DNA of 64,000 nt from Candidatus Onthoplasma sp. (lineage in GTDB: Bacteria; Bacillota; Clostridia; Christensenellales; UBA1242), in the NCBI GenBank assembly GCA_045637825.1, contig JAZUAD010000005.1, positions 3,198 through 67,197 on the forward strand, read 5' to 3'. The translations under genes and the position numbers were made by a program. Position 1 is the stretch's first letter; each line of letters opens with the position of its first letter. This document shows positions 43,502 to 52,552 of this stretch, piece after piece. A model generated the notes under the pieces. The model saw nothing but the letters and a program-made list of their open reading frames with translations. It ran no database searches and was not told the DNA's origin.

Positions 43502-44415
43502 TGAACAGAACACAACTTATTAATGAAATTAAATTAAATCTTGACCAAAAGCGTCACGAGGCGCAAATTTTGGCTGATGAATATGTGCAAGAATTGTGCA
43601 AAAATGATGAATTTAAACGACTTTATACAAATTATAACCAAGCAAAAATCGACCTTATAAAATTAAAATTTGGTGGCAGTGCTATTCAAATTTTAGAAGC
43701 AACAAATAGTTTTGAAAAAGTTAAACAACTATATAATAATTACATAACTTCACATAAAATAGATGTTAGACGTATGGAACCGCAATACGACTGTAGCAAA
43801 TGTAATGATACAGGCGTGGTGGGTATGAAAATGTGTGACTGCTTAAAAATGGAATTAAACCGACGTTTAAGCGAACAAAACAAACAATATAAATTTGTTA
43901 CATTTAACGATTGCTCTAAGGATTTAAGTCCTAGTTTGGCTAAAATTTATGACCTTGCAAAACAATGGTGTGAAAAATTTCCTAATAGTCAGATATTAAA
44001 TATTAATATGCTTGGAGGAACGGGAACGGGTAAAACTTTCTTGCTAGAGTGTATGGCTAGCGAACTGATTTCACGTGGCTTTAATGTGATGTTTACTACT
44101 GCTTTTGCCCTTAACGATGAATGCCGTAAATATCACTTTTCACTTCCAAGTAAGGTTAACGAATTTATGGATTGTGATGTGCTAGTTATTGACGATTTAG
44201 GAACAGAACCGCTACTTAAAAATATAACATTGGAATATTTGTTTAATATTATTAATCTTCGCCAAAAGCGCTATAAACCCACTTTGATTTCAACGAATTT
44301 ATCACTTGATGATATTTTAAATAGATATGACGACCGTATTTTTAGCAGACTATCCAACAAACTGATGTCGCTAACTATTCCTTTTAACGGAATTGATATG
44401 CGTAAAAGATTTTAA
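43501..44415 (+). CDS. dnaI: Primosomal helicase loader DnaI
   Basis: Zn-binding [10 protein letters not shown]...CDC, Walker [10 protein letters not shown] and Walker B VLVIDDLG. The start overlaps the dnaB stop (TAATG). Confidence 0.85.
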
Positions 44416-44435
44416 AAAACAAAGGGAGAAAAATT

Positions 44436-44864
44436 ATGGAAATTAAAATTAAGTATTTTACAGACATTGAGCCAATTCAATTTATTGCAGGTAAAAGCGA
44501 TTGGTACGACTTGCGTTCTGCCGAAGATGTGGAACTTAAAGCAGGCGAATTTAAATTGATTAAACTTGGTGTTGCTATGCAACTGCCTGAAGGTTATGAA
44601 GCGATTATGGCTCCACGTAGTTCTACCTTTAAAAATTTTGGAATATTACAAACAAATAGCATTGGCGTTATTGATGAAACTTTTTGTGGTGATGACGACC
44701 AATGGCGTTTTCCCGCACTTGCAATGCGTGATACAGTAATACACAAAAATGACCGTATTTGTCAATTTAGAATTATAGAACACCAACCACCAGTTGAATT
44801 TAAGGTAGTTGAAAAAATGGATAACGCTAACCGTGGTGGTATTGGTAGCACAGGCAAACAATAA
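44436..44864 (+). CDS. dut: dUTP diphosphatase
   Basis: 142 aa. [15 protein letters not shown]...MAPRSS...[12 protein letters not shown]...RGGIGSTGK is the trimeric dUTPase motif series. Confidence 0.85.
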   Translation: MEIKIKYFTDIEPIQFIAGKSDWYDLRSAEDVELKAGEFKLIKLGVAMQLPEGYEAIMAPRSSTFKNFGILQTNSIGVIDETFCGDDDQWRFPALAMRDTVIHKNDRICQFRIIEHQPPVEFKVVEKMDNANRGGIGSTGKQ

Positions 44865-44964
44865 GCGTAAATTGTATAATTAATGATTAATAAAAAATGA
44901 ATAATTGAAGAGATTGTTACATTGCAGTACAAATTCTCATTTTAATTGCAACAGTTTTTGTTTT

Positions 44965-45002
44965 AGAACTATGTAAGTTTAATACTGCTAGTTCTTTTTT
45001 TT
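44965..45002 (+). terminator. Candidate terminator after dut
   Basis: Stem agaacta (44965-44971) / tagttct (44989-44995), a long 17-nt loop, then TTTTTTT. Confidence 0.45.
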
Positions 45003-45089
45003 GTGTTCAAAATAATAAATATATTTTTTAAATAGATACAATTTTAAAATTGATGTGTTATAATAAATACCATAGGAGTAAATATTATT

Positions 45090-45839
45090 ATGGATAATAT
45101 ATGGAATAATCCTGAAGTCTTGCATCTAACAGGTGAAATATTGATAAAAGAGAAAAAGGATGAAGCTCTTTGCAATGATGTTTATTTTGTTAATGCCAAA
45201 AATGGAAAATTTATCTTTAAGATTGCTCACGGTAAGATTCGACAAGATGAACTAGAAAAAGAATATCGTATAATTACTGAATTAAAAGATAATATCAAGT
45301 TGCCACAAATTTATCTGTATGTGAAAGAAAAAGATTATTCGTTCTTTGTAATGAACTACATTGAAGGATTAAAACCTAAAACTTTTACCGATGAAATTTT
45401 ACAACAAATGGCAAAAATATTAAACAATATTCATAAAACAAAAAATACATATGGGGATGTGAATTTTGACAATTTGTTAAATATTGCAGAACAAAATATG
45501 ACTGAAAAAAGAATTGATTTAGATGAGTTTGTAAGAGAAGACAAAATTTATGAACCAAAGCAAGTTTTAAAATATTTGAGAAATAATAAACCACAAGTGA
45601 ACGCCTGTCTGCTACACGGAGATTATAGACCTAAAAATATGATAGTTAATAACAATGATTTATACATTTTAGATTGGGGATTATCTTTTGTTGGGGATTT
45701 TTACTATGATTTAGCAATCATTAAGTGGTATTTTACAGATGATGAGTTTATTAAGTTTATAAAATATTATGGAATTGAAAAACTTGATGAAGAAAGATTA
45801 AAATACAACGAGTGGCTTAGTGCCTTTCTCAATGTATAA
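45090..45839 (+). CDS. Phosphotransferase-enzyme-family (APH/choline-kinase-like) protein
   Basis: 249 aa. Kinase Brenner motif LLHGDYRPKNMIV and DWG (ILDWGLSFVGDFYYDLA). Confidence 0.7.
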   Translation: MDNIWNNPEVLHLTGEILIKEKKDEALCNDVYFVNAKNGKFIFKIAHGKIRQDELEKEYRIITELKDNIKLPQIYLYVKEKDYSFFVMNYIEGLKPKTFTDEILQQMAKILNNIHKTKNTYGDVNFDNLLNIAEQNMTEKRIDLDEFVREDKIYEPKQVLKYLRNNKPQVNACLLHGDYRPKNMIVNNNDLYILDWGLSFVGDFYYDLAIIKWYFTDDEFIKFIKYYGIEKLDEERLKYNEWLSAFLNV

Positions 45840-45847
45840 GGAGAAAT

Positions 45848-46504
45848 ATGAAATTAAAATATAGTGAAGAATTTGCTAAATCTATTATTGAAAAATATAT
45901 AAAAGTAGATAGCATAAAACATATTGGTAGTGGTAATCATAGTGATGCCTTCGTTGTTAATGATAATTTAGCAATAAAACTGCCAAAACACAAAAAAGCA
46001 AGTGATTGCTTGATAGATGAAATGAAAGTTTTAAAAAATCTTGAAAATAGACTTAGTGTAAATATTCCTAATGTTGAATTTGATGGAACATTTGTTAGTG
46101 ATGGGCAAAATTTTGTGTTTTTTGCTTCAAAAAAACTTAAAGGTAGTAAACTATCAAGACAAAAGTTTATTTCTCTATCTAAAAAGACATTAAATAAAAA
46201 TGCAGAAATTATTGCAAATTTTCTAATTGAATTGCATAGTCAAAAACATATATATGAAATCAAACGAAAAGATTTATGTTTATTACACGGAGATTTTAGT
46301 TTAAATCATTGTTTATTTGATGAAAATAATTTAGTTTGCAGTGTTCTTGATTTTGGCGATACAAGAATTGGAAAAGCAAAAAGTGATTTCGTTTATTTGC
46401 TAGATGCAGAAGATGATGAAGAGTTTGGTATTGAATTTGGACAAAAGGTTTTAGCTCTTTATAACAAAAGAATAAAGGAAAAACAAAATGAAAATAACAT
46501 TTAA
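45848..46504 (+). CDS. APH(2'')-like aminoglycoside phosphotransferase family protein
   Basis: 218 aa. LLHGDFSLNHCLFDENNLVCSVLDFGDTRIGKAKSDFVYLLDAEDDEEFGIEFGQKVLALY parallels my recall of APH(2'')-Ia: [59 protein letters not shown]. Confidence 0.6.
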   Translation: MKLKYSEEFAKSIIEKYIKVDSIKHIGSGNHSDAFVVNDNLAIKLPKHKKASDCLIDEMKVLKNLENRLSVNIPNVEFDGTFVSDGQNFVFFASKKLKGSKLSRQKFISLSKKTLNKNAEIIANFLIELHSQKHIYEIKRKDLCLLHGDFSLNHCLFDENNLVCSVLDFGDTRIGKAKSDFVYLLDAEDDEEFGIEFGQKVLALYNKRIKEKQNENNI

Positions 46505-46642
46505 AAATGCAACTATTGAAGATTGCAAATTGATTAGAAGATGGAATCTAATGAGTTTGTAAGGCATTGGTATTATTTAGATAAAACACCCTATTTATAC
46601 ATTTTAGATATTGACAATCTCTTCTTTTTGTTATATAATTAA
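46488..46642 (+). pseudogene. Frameshifted, truncated GNAT (AAC(6')-like) acetyltransferase remnant
   Basis: MKITFKNATIEDCKLIRRWNLMSL* runs 46488-46562. After a frame shift it continues as ESNEFVRHWYYLDKTP. This resembles an acetyltransferase N-terminus (xxIRxLxxDDxxLxxxWLxDxxVxEFY). No acetyl-CoA-binding core follows. Confidence 0.35.
46611..46639 (+). promoter_or_regulatory. Perfect consensus sigma-A promoter placed for a leaderless transcript
   Basis: TTGACA (46611-46616), 17 nt, TATAAT (46634-46639). The ATG at 46646 starts 6 nt after the -10 and has no SD. Confidence 0.7.
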
Positions 46643-46645
46643 AGT

Positions 46646-46882
46646 ATGGAAAAGAACGAACAAACCAAGGTGGCGGAAAGTAAAGATAATGTAGTAAATA
46701 ACAATGCGCAGACTGAAAAGTGTGTTGATATTGAAATACAACAAAAGCAAAGCGTAAATACTAATAAAAAACCGCTTACACCATATCAAAAGTATAAAAA
46801 TAGTCGAAATCAAAATGGTAAAAAATACTTTGAGTTTTATGACGATATTAAAGTGTACACACACAATATTTATGACTGGTAA
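46646..46882 (+). CDS. Small hydrophilic hypothetical protein (78 aa), probably leaderless
   Basis: The ORF is bracketed by a consensus promoter and a strong terminator. I recognise no motif. Confidence 0.55.
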   Translation: MEKNEQTKVAESKDNVVNNNAQTEKCVDIEIQQKQSVNTNKKPLTPYQKYKNSRNQNGKKYFEFYDDIKVYTHNIYDW

Positions 46883-46884
46883 AA

Positions 46885-46909
46885 AGACCTAAAATGTTAG
46901 GTCTTTTTT
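46885..46909. terminator. Bidirectional intrinsic terminator (small ORF + / thioesterase -)
   Basis: Stem agacctaa (46885-46892) / ttaggtct (46897-46904), loop aatg, with an A-run upstream and a T-run downstream. Confidence 0.85.
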
Positions 46910-46914
46910 AGGGT

Positions 46915-47643
46915 TTATTTTAAGATAAATACTGTGCGGAATATTGATTTGTCGGCAGTTTTGCCTTCGATAATATATTTGTTGTCTATAAGTTTTTTGT
47001 ACATATTTATTTGGTCGCCCTCAAAGCATTGATTAGTGTAATACATCTCTAATACCGCTATGTTTAGGTTGGCAAATTCTTGATAAGTAAAGCAATCTTG
47101 AGCCATTTTGATATAGGCAATATTGTTGCCATGAACGTTATAATCAAGTTCGCTTAGGCGAATAATTTTATTGTAGACAAAGTCATTTTCATCAAATTCG
47201 CAAGTTAAGTTTGTATAAGTATCATCGTGCATATTGCTTGGTAAAAATTCGGTGATGCCTAGGTCGCCAACATATTTAGGCAAAACTAGTCGAGAAGTTT
47301 CCTCATTTAACACACCATATTCCATACGACCACGTACAAGGGAATTGTTGCCTTGTTTTAGTTCAAAGCAACGAGGAAATAGCATACGGGTAAGTAAAGG
47401 CCAAGTAGAAACGGTTAAATCTTCGTTAATTGCAGGGAATTGTTCAAATTCGAACTTTGCTTTAAGTACAACCCACTTACCATTACAATTTTTTCGCACA
47501 TCTTCCACCCCAACTCCTAAAATATCAGAGTGGTTGTTAGAGGCAAGTTGAAAGCACGAAACAATATTGTGTGGTAGCATCTTTTTTGTAGCACCAACAT
47601 CATCAAAACGTGTGGTAAAGTTGTATTCTAAATAATTTTTCAT
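46915..47643 (-). CDS. Acyl-ACP thioesterase-like protein
   Basis: 242 aa double hot-dog-sized protein. DYNVHGNNIAYIKMAQD resembles the D-x-N-x-H-V-N-N motif of FatA/B-type thioesterases. Confidence 0.5.
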   Translation of the reverse strand: MKNYLEYNFTTRFDDVGATKKMLPHNIVSCFQLASNNHSDILGVGVEDVRKNCNGKWVVLKAKFEFEQFPAINEDLTVSTWPLLTRMLFPRCFELKQGNNSLVRGRMEYGVLNEETSRLVLPKYVGDLGITEFLPSNMHDDTYTNLTCEFDENDFVYNKIIRLSELDYNVHGNNIAYIKMAQDCFTYQEFANLNIAVLEMYYTNQCFEGDQINMYKKLIDNKYIIEGKTADKSIFRTVFILK

Positions 47644-47807
47644 AAGTTTTTCCTTTTGATTAAAAGTATACTTAAATATTATTTAAAAATCAAGCAAGTA
47701 ATAAACATTTTGTTTAATACTTGTGGATAATTTTTAAAAATCAACCTAAGAAATATGTCGAAATTTGATATACAGAAATTTGTCATACTCAATTTAAGTC
47801 ATAACTA

Positions 47808-47836
47808 TTGACCTTTTTTTAGTTTTGATATATAAT
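47808..47836 (+). promoter_or_regulatory. Sigma-A-type promoter for tilS
   Basis: TTGACC (47808-47813), 17 nt, TATAAT (47831-47836). Confidence 0.65.
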
Positions 47837-47854
47837 AAGGGCAAGAGGTTAGGT

Positions 47855-49198
47855 ATGGACAGAATTTTAGATTATATCAAAGCAAATAAACTAATTAAAC
47901 AAGGCGAAATTATAGGTGTTGCAACTAGTGGTGGCAGGGATAGTATGGCGTTACTTCACTTTTTGAACGAAAATCGTGAAGAGTTTGAATGTCAAGTAAT
48001 TGCCATTAATATTGACCATTGTATTCGTGAACATAGTGCTGCGGATAGTGCGTTTGTAATGGATTATTGCAAAGAAAACAATATTAAAGCATACACCTTT
48101 AAGGTTGATGCTGTAAAACTTGCTAGAGATGAAAAGTTGTCAATCGAAGCAGGTGCAAGAAATGCTAGATATAATACTTTTGATGCATTGATTAAAAAGG
48201 GCTTGGTGGATAAGATTGCGTTGGCTCATCATTTGTATGACCAGGCGGAAACTATATTATTAAATCTTCTTCGTGGCTGTGGACTTGCTGGTGCTAAGGG
48301 TATGGAACCAATGCGTGATAATAAATATATCCGTCCAATGTTGACCGTTCCAAGAGAAGAAATTATGAGTTATATTGATGAATATGCTATTCCATTTGTT
48401 GAGGACGAAACTAATGCAGATTCTTCATATTCACGTAACTATATCCGTAATGTAATTATGCCTACAATTCGTAAAAAATTTAGGTCTGTGGATAAAAACC
48501 TTGTACATTTTGCCGATATTTGCGCTGAAGATGACAAATATATTAACAGTCAAATTGAAATGGGTGGAGTTGCAAAATTAGGTGATGTTACACGCATACC
48601 AATGTACTATTTTAGTTATCAACCTAGTGTTACAAATCGTGTGCTTTTAAAGGCGTTAAGTGCTTATGCTAGTCAGGATATTGAAAGTAGACACGTTAAT
48701 ATGATTTGTGAATTTGCTCAAGAAGGACAAAACGGTGATAGTATTGATTTGCCTTTTGGTATTAAAGTTCATAAGGAATATGAGTATTTAACTATTGCCC
48801 CGCTTAAGAAAAAAGTGGAAACTGTTGTTCAAGAATTTAAAAAGGGTAAAAACTATATTGACGGGTTTGGAACAATTCGCATAGTTAGTTCAAAAGTATT
48901 TAATGATGTTAAACCTCACCAACACGTGATTGATGCAAACAAACTTCCAGCAAATGCTGTATGGCGTTTTAAGGAAGATAAGGATATGTTTACACCATTT
49001 GGTCATTCTAGTTCCAAAAAATTAAAGGACTTTTTGGCTGATAAGAAAATACCTCAACGTTTGCGTGGAAATATTCCAGTACTGGCAGTAGACAACACAA
49101 TTTACATTGTTGCTGACCTAGAAATAAGTGATTTGTTAAAGGTTGATGACAATAGTAAGAATTTATATAAAATTAATTATGAAAAAGATATATTATAG
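47855..49198 (+). CDS. tilS: tRNA(Ile)-lysidine synthase
   Basis: I placed the start at the ATG at 47855, behind aagaggt. PP-loop VATSGGRDSMALLH, and later HHLYDQAET. Confidence 0.85.
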   Translation: MDRILDYIKANKLIKQGEIIGVATSGGRDSMALLHFLNENREEFECQVIAINIDHCIREHSAADSAFVMDYCKENNIKAYTFKVDAVKLARDEKLSIEAGARNARYNTFDALIKKGLVDKIALAHHLYDQAETILLNLLRGCGLAGAKGMEPMRDNKYIRPMLTVPREEIMSYIDEYAIPFVEDETNADSSYSRNYIRNVIMPTIRKKFRSVDKNLVHFADICAEDDKYINSQIEMGGVAKLGDVTRIPMYYFSYQPSVTNRVLLKALSAYASQDIESRHVNMICEFAQEGQNGDSIDLPFGIKVHKEYEYLTIAPLKKKVETVVQEFKKGKNYIDGFGTIRIVSSKVFNDVKPHQHVIDANKLPANAVWRFKEDKDMFTPFGHSSSKKLKDFLADKKIPQRLRGNIPVLAVDNTIYIVADLEISDLLKVDDNSKNLYKINYEKDIL

Positions 49199-49201
49199 AC
49201 G

Positions 49202-49227
49202 AAAACTCGCTAAATGCGAGTTTTTTT
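49202..49227 (+). terminator. Intrinsic terminator of tilS
   Basis: Stem aaaactcgc / gcgagtttt, loop taaat, then a T-run. Confidence 0.85.
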
Positions 49228-49266
49228 ACATAAATAAAGAATTTAAAAAAATGATTGTGTGATGTT

Positions 49267-49542
49267 TTAGTTTTCATAATACAAATTGTCAGGATTGTTT
49301 AATTTTATATTATATTGTTTGATTAACGGAAAGTATTCTTGCCACATATAGTTGCGAACGGGCATTGGTTTATGAGATTTAAAATAAAACACCATTGACG
49401 GTTTGATATTGTTGTATTTGTATAATAGACTTACACCTAAACAATCCCCACTTTTTATCAAACTTTTAATTTTTGCGTGATAATTAAAATATGACATATT
49501 GCTAGTGTTTGCAGTATGGTTATTTTTATTAAACATAATCAA
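49267..49542 (-). CDS. Hypothetical protein (91 aa)
   Basis: ORF only. I recognise no motif. Confidence 0.4.
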   Translation of the reverse strand: MIMFNKNNHTANTSNMSYFNYHAKIKSLIKSGDCLGVSLLYKYNNIKPSMVFYFKSHKPMPVRNYMWQEYFPLIKQYNIKLNNPDNLYYEN

Positions 49543-49547
49543 ATTGC

Positions 49548-49575
49548 TTGACTTTATTTAATGTTTTTTTATACT
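49548..49575 (+). promoter_or_regulatory. Sigma-A-type promoter for the three-gene hypothetical operon
   Basis: TTGACT (49548-49553), 16 nt, TATACT (49570-49575). A strong SD gggaggaaggag precedes the ATG at 49597. Confidence 0.55.
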
Positions 49576-49596
49576 TAAAATTAAGGGAGGAAGGAG

Positions 49597-49848
49597 ATGA
49601 ATTTGGATTTAACAATCGAAGGAGCAATTTATGACAAATTTGCTTATGGCGAAGATGAGATTGTAGTGTTAAACAATCGCAATAGTGAAGATGAGTTTAA
49701 AAATCTACTATTGCTAGGAAAAGTGGTTAATACCTCGATAGGCAACTTTATTTATCCAGTATCTAAAGATAAATATGATGAAATTGCTGAATATTATTTG
49801 AATTTAAAAGAAGCATTTTTGTTAGGGGGAGATGAAATAGATGAGTAA
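49597..49848 (+). CDS. Hypothetical acidic protein (83 aa)
   Basis: Strong SD. Overlaps the next ORF by 8 nt. Confidence 0.6.
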   Translation: MNLDLTIEGAIYDKFAYGEDEIVVLNNRNSEDEFKNLLLLGKVVNTSIGNFIYPVSKDKYDEIAEYYLNLKEAFLLGGDEIDE

Positions 49849-50263
49849 TGTTCCTGAAAAATTAAAAAAAGAATTAAATGAAAGAATATCGGTATTGCAA
49901 ACACTTGAAGCATATTTATTTGAAGCAATGCAAATCAATGAAATAGATGTTAAGACTTATTACAGAGTAACTTCAGCAATAAGGCAAATGATTATTTCGT
50001 ATAAAGTTAGTCAACGTTTTGAAAAGATGTTTAATGAATATAGAATTTCGTTAGAGTCGTTAAATGAAATACAAGCAATGGCTAAACCATATGAGGTTGA
50101 CCCTTATAATATAGAGGTTAAGATTTGTATAGATATCGTTAGAAGAATGTTGACAGAATATGTAAATGCAGTTATGAAACGTAAAGAACATCAAATGATA
50201 GAAGCTGATGTAGACAAATTGTTATCGGCAATAGCTAAAGTAAATAAAATATTAGGTTTTTAA
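49841..50263 (+). CDS. Hypothetical helical protein (140 aa)
   Basis: Translationally coupled to the upstream ORF. I recognise no motif. Confidence 0.6.
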   Translation: MSNVPEKLKKELNERISVLQTLEAYLFEAMQINEIDVKTYYRVTSAIRQMIISYKVSQRFEKMFNEYRISLESLNEIQAMAKPYEVDPYNIEVKICIDIVRRMLTEYVNAVMKRKEHQMIEADVDKLLSAIAKVNKILGF

Positions 50264-50279
50264 TTAGGAGGATAAAATT

Positions 50280-51383
50280 ATGGCAGAAAAAGAATATTTT
50301 CAAATTAAAAATGAATCATATTCAACTATACCTTTTGTGAGAGATAGACAAGACGAAATGTATTTAAGTGTTGTAAAAAAAGAATTACAAGAAGTTATTG
50401 AGAGAAGTAAATCGTACTCAAGTGCAAAAGAGCGAGTAGGCAAAGTTCTTAATGAAGTATACAAACATCAAAAATTAGAGAATAAAAAATCTCCTGAGAG
50501 TTTGATTGAGTTTGTAGATGAAGCGTTACAAGATAAGTTTAATAGAAAAGATAAATTTGAATATGTTCCAGAAAAAAGTATGGACTTAGATGTTCAAGTG
50601 AATAGGTATTCAATATTGCCTTTTGTTAAAAAAAGACAATTAGAACTAAATGAAGATTTAATAATCAAAGGATCAAAAATCTTAGAAATGTCAGGCAATG
50701 AATTGGTTAAAGCGTATATTAGTGAATTAGAGACTGCTAAGGAAGAGGGGCGCAAACCTTATAGGACAATACTTGACGCTATTGAAAAAAGGAAGATAGA
50801 ACTTGTTCAAAACTCAAAAGGGACAATTGGTAGACTTACATCCATTAATAAGGGAGTGCTTGATTCTAGAGAGGCGGAAATGCTTTCTAGAGCTAAACAC
50901 AATTTGCAACTTTTGGTTTTCTCAGTTAAAGGAGATATGGATTATTCAAAGTCTTCAAAAACAAGAGAAAGCGAATTGGAATCTGAAATTAGTATTGTAA
51001 AATTTTGTGATAAAACATGGCAAATCAAGGATAATCCTGTGTCTATGAAAAAGTTTATAGAAAAGGAACTTGAAAGATTGGCTGAGGAGATGTCTAATCA
51101 AACAGAATATATGGAATTTTTGAGCAAAAAATTGACTAAAGAGGAACAACAAGAAAAAATTGAATTAGATAAAACAAGACAATGGCAAGAAAAAAGATTA
51201 AAAGAAATTAAAGAAACTGCTGAAAAAATAAGCAAGCCAACATTAGAATCAGATAGGATAAAAACAATTACTGAAAATGCGATAAAAGAACGACAAGCTA
51301 AAGAAGACCGAGAAAGATTTGGAGATGATGATATATTTGAAAATGGTGGTTCAATTTCAGATAGGGCGGGAGTTAGTAAATAA
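50280..51383 (+). CDS. Hypothetical K/E-rich, coiled-coil-like protein (367 aa) with an internal duplicated motif
   Basis: SD aggagg. YSTIPFVRDRQDEMYL (N-terminus) recurs as YSILPFVKKRQLELNE about 100 aa later. Confidence 0.6.
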   Translation: MAEKEYFQIKNESYSTIPFVRDRQDEMYLSVVKKELQEVIERSKSYSSAKERVGKVLNEVYKHQKLENKKSPESLIEFVDEALQDKFNRKDKFEYVPEKSMDLDVQVNRYSILPFVKKRQLELNEDLIIKGSKILEMSGNELVKAYISELETAKEEGRKPYRTILDAIEKRKIELVQNSKGTIGRLTSINKGVLDSREAEMLSRAKHNLQLLVFSVKGDMDYSKSSKTRESELESEISIVKFCDKTWQIKDNPVSMKKFIEKELERLAEEMSNQTEYMEFLSKKLTKEEQQEKIELDKTRQWQEKRLKEIKETAEKISKPTLESDRIKTITENAIKERQAKEDRERFGDDDIFENGGSISDRAGVSK

Positions 51384-51391
51384 TTGATAAT

Positions 51392-51423
51392 AAAAAAGAT
51401 GGTTGAAATATATCATCTTTTTT
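51392..51423 (+). terminator. Intrinsic terminator of the three-gene operon
   Basis: Stem aaaagatg / catctttt, 12-nt loop, then a T-run. Confidence 0.7.
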
Positions 51424-51507
51424 ATATAAACGCTAGCGTTTACACATAATTTATATTTTCAACATATATTGACAATAGATAAAATTAAAAAAATTGGCAC
51501 TAAGTGT

Positions 51508-51536
51508 TTGCCAATAAGAAAAATGTATGATATAAT
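51508..51536 (+). promoter_or_regulatory. Sigma-A-type promoter for the 216-aa membrane protein gene
   Basis: TTGCCA (51508-51513), 17 nt ending TGa, TATAAT (51531-51536). Confidence 0.6.
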
Positions 51537-51560
51537 ACAATTAATTACAAGGAGATTGTT

Positions 51561-52211
51561 ATGGAAAAAAATAATTTTAATAAGGCATACATATATATTA
51601 TTGCTATGTTTGCAATAGGTATTGCAATATCTAATATTATTTCATTTTTTGGTGGAGTTGGATTTGCGCTTGTTGGCTTTTCAATATTGTTAATACTAGC
51701 AATAGCAAATATTTTAAAAGATGAGCAAAACAAAAAACGTTTTGGCGATTTGTTTGTGTTGATTGCAATAGAATTTTTATTGTTGATTATTCTATTTTTT
51801 GCTTTTGACTTTAATCTAAACGGAATTACTAGCAAGTTCCCATTTGTTATGCGTAATATTTGTGGCATTTACTCACTGATTGCTATTGGTTATGTTGTAT
51901 TTAGATATATTAGTGAAGTAAAGGGCAAACGTTATACTTTTGTTGAATATATATTAGGAAACCATATTGCACAACCTAAGGATAAAAAAGTAAAACCTAG
52001 CAAGCAAGAAATTAAAAAGAATAAAGAATTGGAAAATGGTACTCTTGCTCCAAAGCCAAGTTCTATTGATTTGGGTAGTGTTGAAGATTTGTCAGCGGAA
52101 GAAAATAATGAAGATGAAATAGAAGAAAATGAAGGCAAGACTGAAGAAAAAACCGAACCTTCCAAAACTGAGCCAGAACGTCCAGCAAATAGAACCAGTT
52201 ATTGGTATTAG
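51561..52211 (+). CDS. Membrane protein with an acidic C-terminal tail (216 aa)
   Basis: About four TM segments, then a hydrophilic tail rich in E, K and P. Confidence 0.6.
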   Translation: MEKNNFNKAYIYIIAMFAIGIAISNIISFFGGVGFALVGFSILLILAIANILKDEQNKKRFGDLFVLIAIEFLLLIILFFAFDFNLNGITSKFPFVMRNICGIYSLIAIGYVVFRYISEVKGKRYTFVEYILGNHIAQPKDKKVKPSKQEIKKNKELENGTLAPKPSSIDLGSVEDLSAEENNEDEIEENEGKTEEKTEPSKTEPERPANRTSYWY

Positions 52212-52297
52212 TTGGGTGGTTGGGTTTATAAGGTAATTAAAAACTATTAAAATTGCTTAAAATTTTTAAAATTTGGGCAATTTTTTTTAAAATCGTG

Positions 52298-52326
52298 TTG
52301 ACATCATATTAAATATATGGTATAGT
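52298..52326 (+). promoter_or_regulatory. Sigma-A-type promoter for rpmG-secE-nusG
   Basis: TTGACA (52298-52303), 17 nt, TATAGT (52321-52326). Confidence 0.7.
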
Positions 52327-52372
52327 ATATGCGTAAGTAACACCGCAAAGGTGTTTTTTTAGGAGAAAAATT

Positions 52373-52543
52373 ATGGCAAAGAAAGCAAAAACTAAAACAG
52401 CAAAGATAACTCTTGCTTGTACAGAATGTAAGCGTAGAAATTATGATACAACTAAAAACACTGCTGAACATCCAGACAGGGTTGAATTAAATAAATATTG
52501 TAGTTTCTGTAAAAAACACACAGTTCACAAAGAAACAAAATAG
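52373..52543 (+). CDS. rpmG: 50S ribosomal protein L33
   Basis: Not in the ORF track (56 aa). My translation is [56 protein letters not shown], with the CxxC...CxxC L33 pattern. SD aggag. Confidence 0.9.
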   Translation: MAKKAKTKTAKITLACTECKRRNYDTTKNTAEHPDRVELNKYCSFCKKHTVHKETK

Positions 52544-52552
52544 GAGATAGTT

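Noticed and set aside
49202-49227. Near-identical terminator stems at 49202-49227 and 58992-59022 (AAACTCGC...GCGAGTTT) considered as copies of a repeated element.
   Set aside because: Identity is limited to the 8-nt arms. The loops and flanks differ, so the match is too short to separate from chance.
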